32,000 nucleotides of DNA. Origin: Dickeya dadantii NCPPB 898. Its GTDB lineage: Bacteria; Pseudomonadota; Gammaproteobacteria; Enterobacterales; Enterobacteriaceae. Location: the NCBI RefSeq assembly GCF_000406145.1, contig NZ_CM001976.1, positions 2,233,543-2,265,542 on the forward strand, in the 5' to 3' direction. A program made the position numbers and the translations under genes. Of this stretch, positions 9,710 to 19,430 are shown in pieces. Below the pieces are notes generated by a model. That model made no database searches. It was not told the origin of the DNA and was given only the letters and a program-made list of their open reading frames with translations. The stretch's first letter is position 1. Every line of letters starts with the position of its first letter.

Positions 9710-10114
9710 ATGAATCGATCACTTTTATGTCTTGCATTACTGACTGCACACATCCCTTTTTCTCAGGCTGACAGCTGTCGGGCCAATTTATCCGGTGGTC
9801 AGGACTGCCGTTATAACGATGGCTCGACATCCACCAGCCGTACCAATTTATCGGGCGGGTTCGATACCCGCTACAGCGATGGGCGGACCAGCACCAGCCG
9901 GGCTAATCTGTCCGGCGGTTATGACACCCACTTTAGTGACGGCACCTACAGCACCAGCCGCTCGAACCTGTCAGGCGGGTTGGATACCCGTTATAGCGAC
10001 GGTAAAACGAGCTCCAGCCGTGCCAACCTCTCCGGCGGTTATGACGTTGATTATAGCAACGGCAAATCCAGTTCCAGCCGGGCTAATCTGTCTGGCGGGC
10101 TGGATAGTCAATAG
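9710..10114 (+). CDS. Secreted tandem-repeat protein (5.5 x 20-aa repeat), unknown function
   Basis: The track ORF opens at 9635. ATG 9710 (GGAGAAAGG upstream) gives the signal peptide MNRSLLCLALLTAHIPFSQA|D. The entire mature protein is then [AST]NLSGGxDxxYSDGxxSxSR repeated. Confidence 0.65.
   Translation: MNRSLLCLALLTAHIPFSQADSCRANLSGGQDCRYNDGSTSTSRTNLSGGFDTRYSDGRTSTSRANLSGGYDTHFSDGTYSTSRSNLSGGLDTRYSDGKTSSSRANLSGGYDVDYSNGKSSSSRANLSGGLDSQ
9782..10111 (+). repeat. In-frame 60-bp tandem repeat, 5.5 copies
   Basis: The copies start at 9782, 9842, 9902, 9962, 10022 and 10082. The protein repeats are well conserved but synonymous positions differ (AAT TTA TCC GGT GGT / AAT TTA TCG GGC GGG / AAT CTG TCC GGC GGT / AAC CTG TCA GGC GGG). 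Confidence 0.9.
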
Positions 10115-10169
10115 GCGGCTCAGGCGAGTGAAGTAGGGGGCTACGCCGCAGAACAAGATAGGCGATAAC

Positions 10170-10207
10170 AAAAAAAAGCGGGGCGCGATAACTGCGCCCC
10201 GCTTTTT
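10170..10207. terminator. Bidirectional Rho-independent terminator (repeat-protein gene / pykA)
   Basis: A8 - GCGGGGCGC - GATAACT - GCGCCCCGC - T5. The 9-bp GC stem is flanked by an A-run and a T-run, between convergent genes. Confidence 0.85.
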
Positions 10208-10257
10208 AACTGAATGAACGTTCGACGAACGTTGTGATATTGCTATTTGCTACGTGA

Positions 10258-11700
10258 TTATTCCACCCGCAGCACACGCACCGTATTGGTGGTGCCGACC
10301 GTGCCCATTACGTCACCCTGGGTCACGATAACCAGGTCGCCAGACACCAGGAAGCCCTTGTCGCGCAGCAGGATCACCGCGTCGTTAGCTGCGGCTACGC
10401 CGTCAGTGTAGCTGGTGAACTGCACCGGCGTGACGCCGCGATACAGCGCGGTCAGATTCAGCGTATGCTCGTGACGAGACATGGCGAAAATCGGCAGGCC
10501 GGAACTGATACGGGACATCATCAGCGCGGTGCGGCCGGATTCAGTCATGGCGATAATCGCAGTAACGCCGTTGAGGTGGTTAGCCGCATACATGGCGGAC
10601 ATGGCGATCGACTCTTCCACGTTGTCGAACTGCACGTCAAGGCGGTGTTTGGATACGTTGATGCTGGGGATCTTTTCCGCACCCAGGCAGACTTTCGCCA
10701 TGGCCGCGACGGTTTCCGCCGGGTACTGGCCGGCCGCGGTTTCCGCCGAGAGCATCACCGCATCGGTGCCGTCCAGCACGGCATTGGCGACGTCCATCAC
10801 TTCGGCACGGGTCGGCATCGGGTTGGTGATCATCGACTCCATCATCTGGGTCGCGGTAATTACCGCACGGTTCAGCTGGCGAGCGCGTCGAATCAGTTTT
10901 TTCTGGATACCAACCAGTTCCGGGTCGCCGATTTCCACGCCCAGATCGCCGCGAGCGACCATCACGATATCGGAGGCAAGAATGATGTCGTCCATGGCTT
11001 CATCGGTTGACACCGCTTCCGCACGCTCCACTTTGGAGACGATTTTGGCGTTGCTGCCGGCTTCGCGCGCCAGACGGCGGGCATAGTGCAGGTCTTCGCC
11101 GGTACGCGGGAATGACACCGCCAGAAAGTCCACGCCGATTTTGGCCGCGGTAATGATGTCGGCCTTGTCTTTTTCGGTCAGTGCTTCGGCAGACAGGCCA
11201 CCGCCCAGTTTGTTGATGCCTTTGTTGTTGGACAGCGGACCGCCGACGGTGACTTCGGTGAACACTTTCATGTCGTCCACGGCCAGGACTTTCAACTGCA
11301 CACGGCCATCATCCAGCAGCAGGATGTCGCCGGGAACCACATCGCGGGGCAGTCCTTTGTAGTCGATACCGACTTTTTCCTTGTCGCCTTCACCTTTACC
11401 AAGGCTGGCGTCCAGCAGAAACTTGTCGCCCACGTTGAGGAAAATTTTCCCTTCTTTGAAGGTGGAAACACGGATTTTGGGGCCCTGGAGGTCGCCCAGA
11501 ATAGCAACGTGACGGCCAAGTTTAGCCGCAATTTCGCGAACTTTGTTGGCACGCAGAAGATGATCTTCCGGCGAGCCGTGAGAAAAGTTCAGGCGGACTA
11601 CGTTTGCGCCTGCGGCAATGATCTTTTCCAGATTATTGTCGCGGTCTGTAGCCGGCCCCAGCGTGGTAACGATTTTGGTTCTTCTGAGCCGTCTGGACAT
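10258..11700 (-). CDS. pykA: Pyruvate kinase II (AMP-activated) PykA
   Basis: The track ORF extends to 11766, but [28 protein letters not shown] from ATG 11700 is identical in register to E. coli PykA. This gives 480 aa, as in E. coli. Confidence 0.96.
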   Translation of the reverse strand: MSRRLRRTKIVTTLGPATDRDNNLEKIIAAGANVVRLNFSHGSPEDHLLRANKVREIAAKLGRHVAILGDLQGPKIRVSTFKEGKIFLNVGDKFLLDASLGKGEGDKEKVGIDYKGLPRDVVPGDILLLDDGRVQLKVLAVDDMKVFTEVTVGGPLSNNKGINKLGGGLSAEALTEKDKADIITAAKIGVDFLAVSFPRTGEDLHYARRLAREAGSNAKIVSKVERAEAVSTDEAMDDIILASDIVMVARGDLGVEIGDPELVGIQKKLIRRARQLNRAVITATQMMESMITNPMPTRAEVMDVANAVLDGTDAVMLSAETAAGQYPAETVAAMAKVCLGAEKIPSINVSKHRLDVQFDNVEESIAMSAMYAANHLNGVTAIIAMTESGRTALMMSRISSGLPIFAMSRHEHTLNLTALYRGVTPVQFTSYTDGVAAANDAVILLRDKGFLVSGDLVIVTQGDVMGTVGTTNTVRVLRVE

Positions 11701-11878
11701 GTATAACTCCGTTGACTGGTGAAACTTGTTGTAATGTGGTAACGCCGTCAGGAGAGGACATCGCATAGGAACCGTTTCTGCCGCTCTGCACTGCCGGATG
11801 CCGTGCCTGTAATTATGATTGAGTGACAGGATTTCTTCCCGTGGGCATCACCCCTTGCCACCCGATGTTATAACATAA

Positions 11879-12748
11879 TTAGTTAAACGGGTTGCTGAAT
11901 CGTTCTTCCTTATCAAATCTCGATTCGCGCAATGCTTCCTTGACCCGCTTCAAGTTATCGCGGAATTTTGCGCCGCGCCGCAGGGTAAAACCGGTGGCTA
12001 ACACATCAATCAGCGTTAGCTGGGCGATACGCGACACCATCGGCATATAAACATCGGTATCTTCCGGCACCTCGACCCGCAGCGTAAGCGAGGCTTCCCG
12101 CGAAAGGGGGGAGCCGTCCGACGTAATAGCGATAACGGTGGCGTCGTTTTCCCGCGCCAGCCGCGCCATATCCACCAGACTTTTGGTGCGCCCGGTGTGC
12201 GAAATCAGCACTACGACGTCGCCTTCGCCGGAATTCATGCAACTCATGCGCTGCATGACCAGGTCATCAAAGTAAACCACCGGAATATTGAAGCGAAAAA
12301 ATTTGTTCATCGCATCGTGGGCCACCGCCGCCGAGGCGCCGAAGCCGAAGAAGGAAATCTTGCGCGCCTGGGTGAGCAAATCCACCGCGCGGTTGATAGC
12401 CTGAATATCCAGGCAGGATTTCACATGTTCCAGCCCGGCCATGGTGGATTCGAAGATTTTGCTGGTGTAAGACTCCACCGAATCGTCTTCTTCCACGTTG
12501 CGATTCACATAAGGCGTGCCGTTGGCCAGACTCTGCGCCAGATGCAGTTTAAAATCGGGAAAGCCTTTGGTATCCAGCCGGCGGCAGAAGCGGTTAACCG
12601 TGGGTTCGCTGACCTCGGCCATGCCGGCGAGGGTGGCGATACTGGAGTGGATGGCTGTCTGAGGCGACGCGAGAATGACTTCCGCCACTTTTCGTTCCGA
12701 TTTGCTCAGCAGTTCCAGATGACCCTGGATTTTTTCCAGCATATTCAT
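11879..12748 (-). CDS. hexR: RpiR-family transcriptional regulator HexR (HTH_6 + SIS)
   Basis: The track ORF extends to 12853. MNMLEKIQGHLELLSKSERKVAEVILASP... from ATG 12748 aligns with E. coli HexR, giving 289 aa as in E. coli. Confidence 0.95.
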   Translation of the reverse strand: MNMLEKIQGHLELLSKSERKVAEVILASPQTAIHSSIATLAGMAEVSEPTVNRFCRRLDTKGFPDFKLHLAQSLANGTPYVNRNVEEDDSVESYTSKIFESTMAGLEHVKSCLDIQAINRAVDLLTQARKISFFGFGASAAVAHDAMNKFFRFNIPVVYFDDLVMQRMSCMNSGEGDVVVLISHTGRTKSLVDMARLARENDATVIAITSDGSPLSREASLTLRVEVPEDTDVYMPMVSRIAQLTLIDVLATGFTLRRGAKFRDNLKRVKEALRESRFDKEERFSNPFN

Positions 12749-13073
12749 ATGACAACGACCATCTATGGTATTTTGGATTTCAGCCAAAGGTGAAATCGAT
12801 GCGGATTTTGTGAAATATACTACGAGCCCGTAACGGTTGGCAGAGGTCGACACAACAAGTCATCAGCTTTTTTTGTCAGAATATGACGTGTGTCTAACTT
12901 TCAAAATAGTAACTGGCTGTCAGAAACGATGGGAAATTTCTCTTTTAGGCAGATGCCAGACCCGTTTTCTTCATCGGCACAATAGGTTCTGAGGCCTTGT
13001 AGTATCGGAATCAGCCGATAATGTGGTTTTATTACGGGTTTACTGGTTTGTGTCAAAAAGAGTACATTATTAA

Positions 13074-13088
13074 TGTAATAAAATTACA
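13074..13088. promoter_or_regulatory. HexR operator upstream of zwf
   Basis: TGTAAT-AAA-ATTACA is a perfect palindrome matching the gammaproteobacterial HexR motif (TGTAATwwwATTACA). It lies 26-40 bp upstream of the zwf ATG. Confidence 0.7.
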
Positions 13089-13113
13089 GCGTCCTGCAAT
13101 GAGGAGATTGAAA

Positions 13114-14589
13114 ATGGCGGTAACGTCAACAGCCCAGGCGTGTGACCTGGTTATTTTCGGTGCAAAGGGCGACCTTGCGCGCCGCAAATTGCTGCCTTCA
13201 CTGTATCAACTGGAAAAAGCAGGCCATATTCATCCGGAAACCCGCATTATCGGCGTGGGACGGGCGGAGTGGGACCGAGACGCCTATATCAAAGTGGTGC
13301 GCGAAGCGCTGGAAACCTTTCTCAAGGAGCCGCTCGACCCGGCATTGTGGACAACCCTGAGCAATCGGCTCGACTTTTGCAACCTTGATGTGGAAGACAC
13401 CGAGGGATTCAAACGGTTGGGTACGATGCTCGATCAGCAAAATCGCACCACCATCAATTATTTCGCCATGCCGCCGAGCACCTTCGGCGCTATCTGCCGC
13501 GGTCTGGGGCAGGCCGGCCTGAACAAGGAGCCGGCACGCGTGGTGATGGAAAAACCGCTGGGCACCAATCTGGCGTCGTCACGGGTGATCAACAATCAGG
13601 TAGCGGAGTTTTTCAACGAATGTCAGGTCTACCGCATCGACCACTATCTCGGCAAGGAAACCGTGCTGAACCTGCTGGCACTGCGTTTCGCCAACTCCCT
13701 GTTCGCCAACAACTGGGATAACCGCACTATCGATCACGTGCAGATTACCGTGGCGGAAGAGGTGGGTATTGAAGGGCGCTGGGGGTATTTCGATCAGGCC
13801 GGGCAAATGCGCGACATGATCCAGAACCACCTGTTGCAGATTCTGACCATGATTGCCATGTCGCCGCCGGCGGATCTGAGCACCGATCGCATTCGTGATG
13901 AAAAGGTGAAAGTCCTGCGTTCGCTGCGCCGTATCGATCGTTCCAATGTGCATGAAGTGACGGTCCGCGGGCAGTACACCAGCGGTTTTGTGCAGGGCAA
14001 AAAAGTGCCGGGCTACCTGGAAGAAGAAGGGGCCAACAAGACCAGTAATACCGAAACCTTCGTGGCCATTCGCGTCGATATCGACGACTGGCGCTGGTCC
14101 GGCGTGCCGTTTTATCTGCGCACCGGCAAGCGTCTGCCGTCAAAATGTTCGGAAGTGGTGGTCTACTTTAAAAACCCGGCGCTTAACCTGTTCCATGATT
14201 CCTATCAGCAGTTGCCGCAGAATAAGCTGATCATCCGCCTGCAGCCGGACGAAGGGGTAGAAATTCAGATTCTGAACAAGATTCCGGGGCTGGACCACAA
14301 ACATCGGTTGCAGACCACCAAGCTCGACCTGAGCTTCTCGGAAACCTTTAACCAGCAACATCTGGCGGACGCCTATGAGCGCCTGTTGCTGGAAACCATG
14401 CGTGGTATTCAGGCGCTGTTCGTGCGCCGCGACGAAGTGGAAGAAGCCTGGAAATGGGTGGATTCCATTATGGATGCCTGGGCAATGGACAATGATTCCC
14501 CCAAACCTTATCAGGCCGGGACCTGGGGGCCGGTCGCGTCCGTCGCCATGATTACCCGAGATGGGCGTTCCTGGAACGAAGTGGAATAA
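13114..14589 (+). CDS. zwf: Glucose-6-phosphate 1-dehydrogenase
   Basis: The track ORF opens at 13021. MAVTSTAQACDLVIFGAKGDLARRKLLPSLYQLEKAG from ATG 13114 (GAGGAG upstream) gives 491 aa as in E. coli. The active-site motif RIDHYLGKE is present. Confidence 0.97.
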   Translation: MAVTSTAQACDLVIFGAKGDLARRKLLPSLYQLEKAGHIHPETRIIGVGRAEWDRDAYIKVVREALETFLKEPLDPALWTTLSNRLDFCNLDVEDTEGFKRLGTMLDQQNRTTINYFAMPPSTFGAICRGLGQAGLNKEPARVVMEKPLGTNLASSRVINNQVAEFFNECQVYRIDHYLGKETVLNLLALRFANSLFANNWDNRTIDHVQITVAEEVGIEGRWGYFDQAGQMRDMIQNHLLQILTMIAMSPPADLSTDRIRDEKVKVLRSLRRIDRSNVHEVTVRGQYTSGFVQGKKVPGYLEEEGANKTSNTETFVAIRVDIDDWRWSGVPFYLRTGKRLPSKCSEVVVYFKNPALNLFHDSYQQLPQNKLIIRLQPDEGVEIQILNKIPGLDHKHRLQTTKLDLSFSETFNQQHLADAYERLLLETMRGIQALFVRRDEVEEAWKWVDSIMDAWAMDNDSPKPYQAGTWGPVASVAMITRDGRSWNEVE

Positions 14590-14742
14590 GCGGTTTTGCC
14601 CCGTCGGCAGGCGGGGCGAAGCCGTTAGCGTTTTTTAGCTGACGGTGCGGTCGGACGTCCGTGGGTAACCGCGGATCCCTGTGGCAGGGGCGCGCCAGAT
14701 CATTAATCGATGCCCGTTGGGCATGACTGGAGATTACCCTCG

Positions 14743-15384
14743 ATGAAAAACTGGAAAACCAGTGCGGAACAGATTCTGACAGCCGGTCCGGTTGTTCCTG
14801 TGATTGTGATTAACAAACTGGAACACGCGGTACCGATGGCGAAAGCCCTGGTAGCGGGTGGCGTGCGTGTGCTGGAGCTGACGCTGCGTACCGAGTGTGC
14901 GGTAGAGGCGATTCGCCTGATCGCGCAGGAAGTGCCGGATGCTATCGTCGGCGCCGGTACGGTCACCAACCCGCAACAGCTGGCGGAAGTGACCGCAGCC
15001 GGTGCGCAGTTTGCCATCAGCCCCGGCCTGACCGAGCCGCTGCTGAAAGCCGCAACGGAAGGCACTATTCCATTGATCCCAGGGATCAGCACCGTATCCG
15101 AACTGATGCTGGGGATGGATTACGGTTTGCGCGAGTTTAAATTTTTCCCGGCGGAAGCTAACGGCGGGGTAAAAGCGCTGCAGGCGATTGCCGGTCCGTT
15201 CGGCAAGATTCGTTTCTGCCCGACCGGTGGGATCTCACTGAAGAATTACCGCGGCTACCTGGCGCTGAAGAGCGTGCTGTGCGTCGGTGGCTCCTGGCTG
15301 GTGCCGGCCGATGCGCTGGAAAGCGGCGATTACGATCGCATCACGGCGTTGGCGCGTGAAGCTGTTGCCGGCGCGACAGCCTGA
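14743..15384 (+). CDS. eda: KDPG / KHG aldolase Eda (KdgA)
   Basis: [22 protein letters not shown]... from ATG 14743 (GGAG upstream) gives 213 aa as in E. coli Eda. The Schiff-base Lys context EFKFFPAE is present. Confidence 0.96.
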   Translation: MKNWKTSAEQILTAGPVVPVIVINKLEHAVPMAKALVAGGVRVLELTLRTECAVEAIRLIAQEVPDAIVGAGTVTNPQQLAEVTAAGAQFAISPGLTEPLLKAATEGTIPLIPGISTVSELMLGMDYGLREFKFFPAEANGGVKALQAIAGPFGKIRFCPTGGISLKNYRGYLALKSVLCVGGSWLVPADALESGDYDRITALAREAVAGATA

Positions 15385-15409
15385 TCGATGTTTTCCCTTA
15401 TTCTTTCCC

Positions 15410-15435
15410 AAGCCCGCTTTCGCGGGCTTTTTTGT
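15410..15435 (+). terminator. Rho-independent terminator of eda
   Basis: AGCCCGC-TTTC-GCGGGCT followed by TTTTTTG. Confidence 0.85.
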
Positions 15436-15496
15436 GCTCGGTAGGCGAGCCGACAAACCGCGTTGAGCCTGTTTAAGCGACATCGGTCGTCACAAC

Positions 15497-15552
15497 AAAC
15501 CGCTGTCTGGAAACCGTTGTTTGGAAACCATTGTCTGGAAACCATTGTCTGG
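15497..15552. repeat. Intergenic 14-bp tandem repeat x4 (AAACCRYTGTYTGG)
   Basis: AAACCGCTGTCTGG AAACCGTTGTTTGG AAACCATTGTCTGG AAACCATTGTCTGG, head-to-tail with no spacers, between convergent eda and purT. Confidence 0.9.
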
Positions 15553-15582
15553 CGTACGATTCTGGCGTTATCGGGAGAGAAT

Positions 15583-15610
15583 TCAGGCTCATGCCGGCGC
15601 ATGAGCCTGA
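15583..15610 (-). terminator. Strong hairpin immediately 3' of purT (possible terminator)
   Basis: TCAGGCTCATGC-CGGC-GCATGAGCCTGA is a 12-bp perfect stem, 8 nt after the purT stop. Only a weak U-tract follows on the minus strand (AAUUCUCUCCC). Confidence 0.5.
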
Positions 15611-15617
15611 TAGGACC

Positions 15618-16796
15618 TCAGCCGCTCACCTTGACGGCTGACGCGGTGGTCTTCGCCAGTTGTACGGCGGCGTCCGTATTATCGGCGGTCGCCAGTGCGA
15701 CGCCCATACGGCGACGCCCGCCGATGTCCGGCTTGCCGAACAGGCGAATCTGGGTATACGGCCGCAATGCCTGCTCCAGCCCCTGATAGCGCACATCGCT
15801 GCTGGTCAATTCCGGCAGGATCACCGCGGAGGCTGACGGGCCGTACTGGCGAATCGCGCCGATCGGTAGACCGAGAAACGCGCGCACATGCAGCGCAAAC
15901 TCAGACAGATCCTGCGAAATGAGCGTCACCATGCCGGTATCGTGCGGGCGTGGCGAAACTTCACTGAAGATGACCTCGTCGCCGCAAATAAACAGTTCTA
16001 CGCCAAACAGGCCGAAACCGCCCAACGCTTTCACCACGTTACCGGCGATCTCTTTAGCTCGCGTCAGCGCCAGCTCGCTCATCTGCTGCGGCTGCCAGGA
16101 TTCGCGGTAGTCGCCATCTTCCTGACGATGGCCGATCGGCTCGCAGAAGTGCAGTCCGTCAACCGCATGGATGGTCAGTAGCGTGATTTCGAAATCGAAT
16201 TTTACCAACCCTTCCACAATCACTTTTCCGCCGCCGGCCCGGCCGCCTTCCTGCGCATAGCGCCAGGCGTGGTCCAGTTGTTCCGGCGATCGGATTAGGC
16301 TCTGGCCCTTCCCCGATGAGCTCATCACCGGTTTGACGATACAGGGAAAACCCAACTCATGGGCCGCCTGACGGAACGCGGCTTCGTCAGCGGCAAAACG
16401 GTAACTGGACGTCGGCAGGCCCAGCGTTTCCGCCGCCAGCCGACGGATGCCCTCGCGGTTCATGGTCAGACGGGTGGCTTCGGCGCACGGCACTACGCGC
16501 TGCCCTTGTTGTTCCAGCGCGACCAGCATATCCGTGGCGATAGCTTCGATTTCAGGCACGATGTAATCCGGACGTTCCTGCGCCACCAGTTGTTTCAGCG
16601 CTTCGCCATCCAGCATATTGATGACGTGGCTACGGTGGGCGACTTGCATGGCCGGCGCATCGGCGTAGCGATCGACCGCGATAACCTCAATACCCAGACG
16701 CTGACACTCAATCGCCACTTCTTTTCCCAGCTCGCCGGAGCCTAGCAGCATAACGCGAGTGGCTCCGGGACGCAGGGCTGTTCCCATTGTTAACAT
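15618..16796 (-). CDS. purT: Formate-dependent GAR transformylase PurT (ATP-grasp)
   Basis: The track ORF extends to 16976. [30 protein letters not shown]... from ATG 16796 gives 392 aa as in E. coli PurT. Confidence 0.96.
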   Translation of the reverse strand: MLTMGTALRPGATRVMLLGSGELGKEVAIECQRLGIEVIAVDRYADAPAMQVAHRSHVINMLDGEALKQLVAQERPDYIVPEIEAIATDMLVALEQQGQRVVPCAEATRLTMNREGIRRLAAETLGLPTSSYRFAADEAAFRQAAHELGFPCIVKPVMSSSGKGQSLIRSPEQLDHAWRYAQEGGRAGGGKVIVEGLVKFDFEITLLTIHAVDGLHFCEPIGHRQEDGDYRESWQPQQMSELALTRAKEIAGNVVKALGGFGLFGVELFICGDEVIFSEVSPRPHDTGMVTLISQDLSEFALHVRAFLGLPIGAIRQYGPSASAVILPELTSSDVRYQGLEQALRPYTQIRLFGKPDIGGRRRMGVALATADNTDAAVQLAKTTASAVKVSG

Positions 16797-16875
16797 AACC
16801 TGATACCTGATGGTGTTGTAAAAAGCTTGTAGTAAAAACGGGCAGACCGGGGGCCCGAACGTGGCCGCAGTATAA

Positions 16876-16891
16876 ACGAAAACGTTTGCGT
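16876..16891. promoter_or_regulatory. PurR box upstream of purT
   Basis: ACGAAAACGTTTGCGT (reverse complement ACGCAAACGTTTTCGT) matches the 16-bp PurR operator consensus. It lies 80 bp upstream of the purT start. Confidence 0.75.
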
Positions 16892-17075
16892 TTGGCATTA
16901 CTCGCGTACCGGTACGCAAAATCGAGTGAAAATTCATGCAGATCTCGGCACAAGCTGGATTCCCCCGATGATTCATGACAGGCTTTGGGCATTCGCCGTC
17001 TCACCACCGTTGGCTCGCCAGTGTGGTACGGATGAGAGGCAGAGCCTGATCAATGAATGGAAAGGAGTGACGTGG

Positions 17076-19127
17076 ATGAAAGCGCCGCAAGCCGAAAAAC
17101 GCCCGCATGCAATCACGATGCATGGCGATACCCGCATCGATAATTATTATTGGCTGCGAGATGACGAACGCAACAACCCGGATGTGCTGGCCTGGCTGCA
17201 GGAAGAGAATCGCTATTGCGATCGGGTCATGGCGCCCCATGCCGCACTGCGTCAGAGCTTGTATGAGGAAATGGTGGCGCGGATCCCCGGTGAAGACGTC
17301 TCCGTACCCTATGTGAAACGCGGTTATCGTTACCAGAGCCGCTATGAGCCCGGCAAAGATTACGCCATCTATCAGCGTCAGCCGGAGCAGGAGACGGGAA
17401 GCGACGCCTGGCAGGTATTGCTGGATGGCAATCAGCGGGCGGACGGCAGCGAGTTTTACAGTTTGGGCGCGCTGGGCGTCAGCCCTGATAATCGACTGAT
17501 GAGCGTGGCGGAAGATTTGCTGTCCCGTCGGCAGTATGTGGTGACGTTTCGCGACCTCGACACCGGCGAGTGGCTGGCGGATCGGCTGGAAAATGTCTCG
17601 GCCGGCAGTGAGTGGGCGGCGGACTCCCGGACTCTCTATTATGTGCGTAAAAATCCGCAGACCTTGCTGCCTTATCAGGTCTATCGCCACCGTCTGGGGG
17701 AAGATCCGCAGCAGGACGAACTGGTGTACGAAGAAACGGATGACGCGTTCTACCTTAGTCTGGATAAAACCACGTCCGAGCGTTATATCCTGATTTATCT
17801 CGACAGCACCACCAGCACGGAAATTCTGTTGCTGGACGCTGCCGATCCGCAAGCCAAACCACAGCTGTTTGTGCCGCGACGGCCGGATCACGAGTATGTG
17901 GTCGATCATTTCCGTGACGCATTCTATGTCCGGTCCAACAAAGACGGCAAAACCTTTGGTTTTTATCGTGCCCACGACGCCAGCGAGTCGACATGGGACG
18001 CGTTGATCGCCCCGCGTCAGGAACGGGTGCTGGAAGGGTTTTCGCTGTTTGACGACTGGTACGTGGTCGAAGAACGCGAACGCGGGTTGACCCACATCCG
18101 TTATATTCACTGGCAGACGGAGGCGTCCCGCCAGATTGCCTTTAGCGACCCGGCCTACGTGACCTGGCTGAGCTATAACCCGACGCCGGAGAGTACGCAA
18201 TTGCGTTACGGCTATTCCTCTATGACCACGCCGATGACTATCTATGAGTTGGATATGGCAACCGGTGTTCAGGTGGCGCTCAAACAATCAGAGGTGAAAA
18301 ACTTTGATGCCGGAAATTACCGGAGCGAGCGGTTGTGGGTAACGGCGCGCGATGGCGAGTCGGTGCCGGTTTCGCTGGTGTATCACAAAGACTGCGAACT
18401 GGCCCAAAGCCCGCTGCTGGTCTATGGCTACGGCGCTTATGGCAGCAGTATGGATCCGGAATTCAGCAGCAGTCGTCTTAGCCTGCTGGATCGCGGCTTC
18501 GTGTATGCGCTGGCGCATATTCGCGGCGGCGGCGAACTGGGGCAGCAATGGCATGACCAGGGGCGTCTGTCCAACAAGATGAATACCTTTACGGATTTCA
18601 TTGACGTCACGCAGGCCTTGCTGGCGCGCGGCTATGGCGATTCGACCAAAACCTTCGCGATGGGCGGCAGCGCGGGCGGGTTGCTGATGGGGGCCGTGAT
18701 TAATATGGCGCCGTCGCTGTTTAGCGGCGTGGTGGCGCAGGTACCGTTTGTCGACGTGCTCACCACCATGCTGGACGAGTCCATTCCGCTCACCACCGGT
18801 GAATACGACGAATGGGGTAATCCGAACCATGCGCGGGATTACCAGTACATCAAACAATACAGCCCTTATGACAGCGTGTCGGCGCAGGCGTATCCGCACC
18901 TGCTGGTGACCACTGGCTTGCATGATTCTCAGGTGCAGTACTGGGAACCGGCCAAATGGGTAGCGAAACTACGCGAACTGAAAACCGATGACCATTTGTT
19001 GCTGTTGCACACCGATATGGGGTCAGGGCATGGCGGGAAATCCGGCCGGCTGGCACAGTTTGAAGATATCGCACAGGAGTTCACCTTCCTGCTGATGGTG
19101 CTGAATCACCAGCCGGTGTTGAAATAG
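17076..19127 (+). CDS. ptrB: Oligopeptidase B (protease II), S9 prolyl-oligopeptidase family
   Basis: The track ORF opens at 16926. [30 protein letters not shown] from ATG 17076 (AAAGGAG upstream) aligns with E. coli PtrB. It has the catalytic Ser motif GGSAGG and a C-terminal ...GHGGKSGR. Confidence 0.95.
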   Translation: MKAPQAEKRPHAITMHGDTRIDNYYWLRDDERNNPDVLAWLQEENRYCDRVMAPHAALRQSLYEEMVARIPGEDVSVPYVKRGYRYQSRYEPGKDYAIYQRQPEQETGSDAWQVLLDGNQRADGSEFYSLGALGVSPDNRLMSVAEDLLSRRQYVVTFRDLDTGEWLADRLENVSAGSEWAADSRTLYYVRKNPQTLLPYQVYRHRLGEDPQQDELVYEETDDAFYLSLDKTTSERYILIYLDSTTSTEILLLDAADPQAKPQLFVPRRPDHEYVVDHFRDAFYVRSNKDGKTFGFYRAHDASESTWDALIAPRQERVLEGFSLFDDWYVVEERERGLTHIRYIHWQTEASRQIAFSDPAYVTWLSYNPTPESTQLRYGYSSMTTPMTIYELDMATGVQVALKQSEVKNFDAGNYRSERLWVTARDGESVPVSLVYHKDCELAQSPLLVYGYGAYGSSMDPEFSSSRLSLLDRGFVYALAHIRGGGELGQQWHDQGRLSNKMNTFTDFIDVTQALLARGYGDSTKTFAMGGSAGGLLMGAVINMAPSLFSGVVAQVPFVDVLTTMLDESIPLTTGEYDEWGNPNHARDYQYIKQYSPYDSVSAQAYPHLLVTTGLHDSQVQYWEPAKWVAKLRELKTDDHLLLLHTDMGSGHGGKSGRLAQFEDIAQEFTFLLMVLNHQPVLK

Positions 19128-19313
19128 CGCCCTGATACCAGGCGTGTAACCTTCGCAAGCATTCTCAGAATGGATGCAGTGCCGGAATAGGGGAACAAGA
19201 GAGGTCGGTCAGCGTTTGAAACTGCGATCACCGGGTGTCGGGAGGCAGAGGGTGATCGCAGAAATGTTGCCTTGATGACAAACCGTTCAGCGGAGCAGAA
19301 GAACGGCGGCAAC

Positions 19314-19430
19314 TCAGTTGGTTTCAGACTGTGGTTGAGCCCGTTTAGCCCGCTTTTCCGCCCGTTTCTGCGCGGCGGTTTTCAGCGGTTTTTTCTTGGC
19401 GTTTTTCTTGCTGTCCAGTCCTTTACTCAT
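19314..19430 (-). CDS. Small highly basic protein (38 aa), unassigned; below the ORF-track length cutoff
   Basis: The minus strand reads ATG AGT AAA GGA CTG... = MSKGLDSKKNAKKKPLKTAAQKRAEKRAKRAQPQSETN*. GAGG lies 6 nt upstream of the ATG, and a 10-bp inverted repeat (19223-19260) lies downstream. Confidence 0.4.
   Translation of the reverse strand: MSKGLDSKKNAKKKPLKTAAQKRAEKRAKRAQPQSETN

Noticed and set aside
9782-10111. Possibility that the 60-bp, 14-bp (15497-15552) or 19-bp (22240-22315) repeat arrays are CRISPR arrays
   Set aside because: All three are contiguous head-to-tail repeats without unique spacers. The first is in-frame coding sequence, and no cas genes are present.
10465-11086. 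181-aa and 201-aa plus-strand ORFs
   Set aside because: They are antisense to pykA and are shadow frames.
11807-11829. CTGTAATTATGATTGAGTGACAG upstream of pykA as a HexR or LexA site
   Set aside because: Only one HexR half-site (TGTAAT) matches; the second half is 2-4/6. CTGT-N15-ACAG has the wrong spacing for LexA.
17001-18923. 428-aa and 211-aa minus-strand ORFs
   Set aside because: Both are antisense shadows of ptrB, with the same compositional signature and no motifs.
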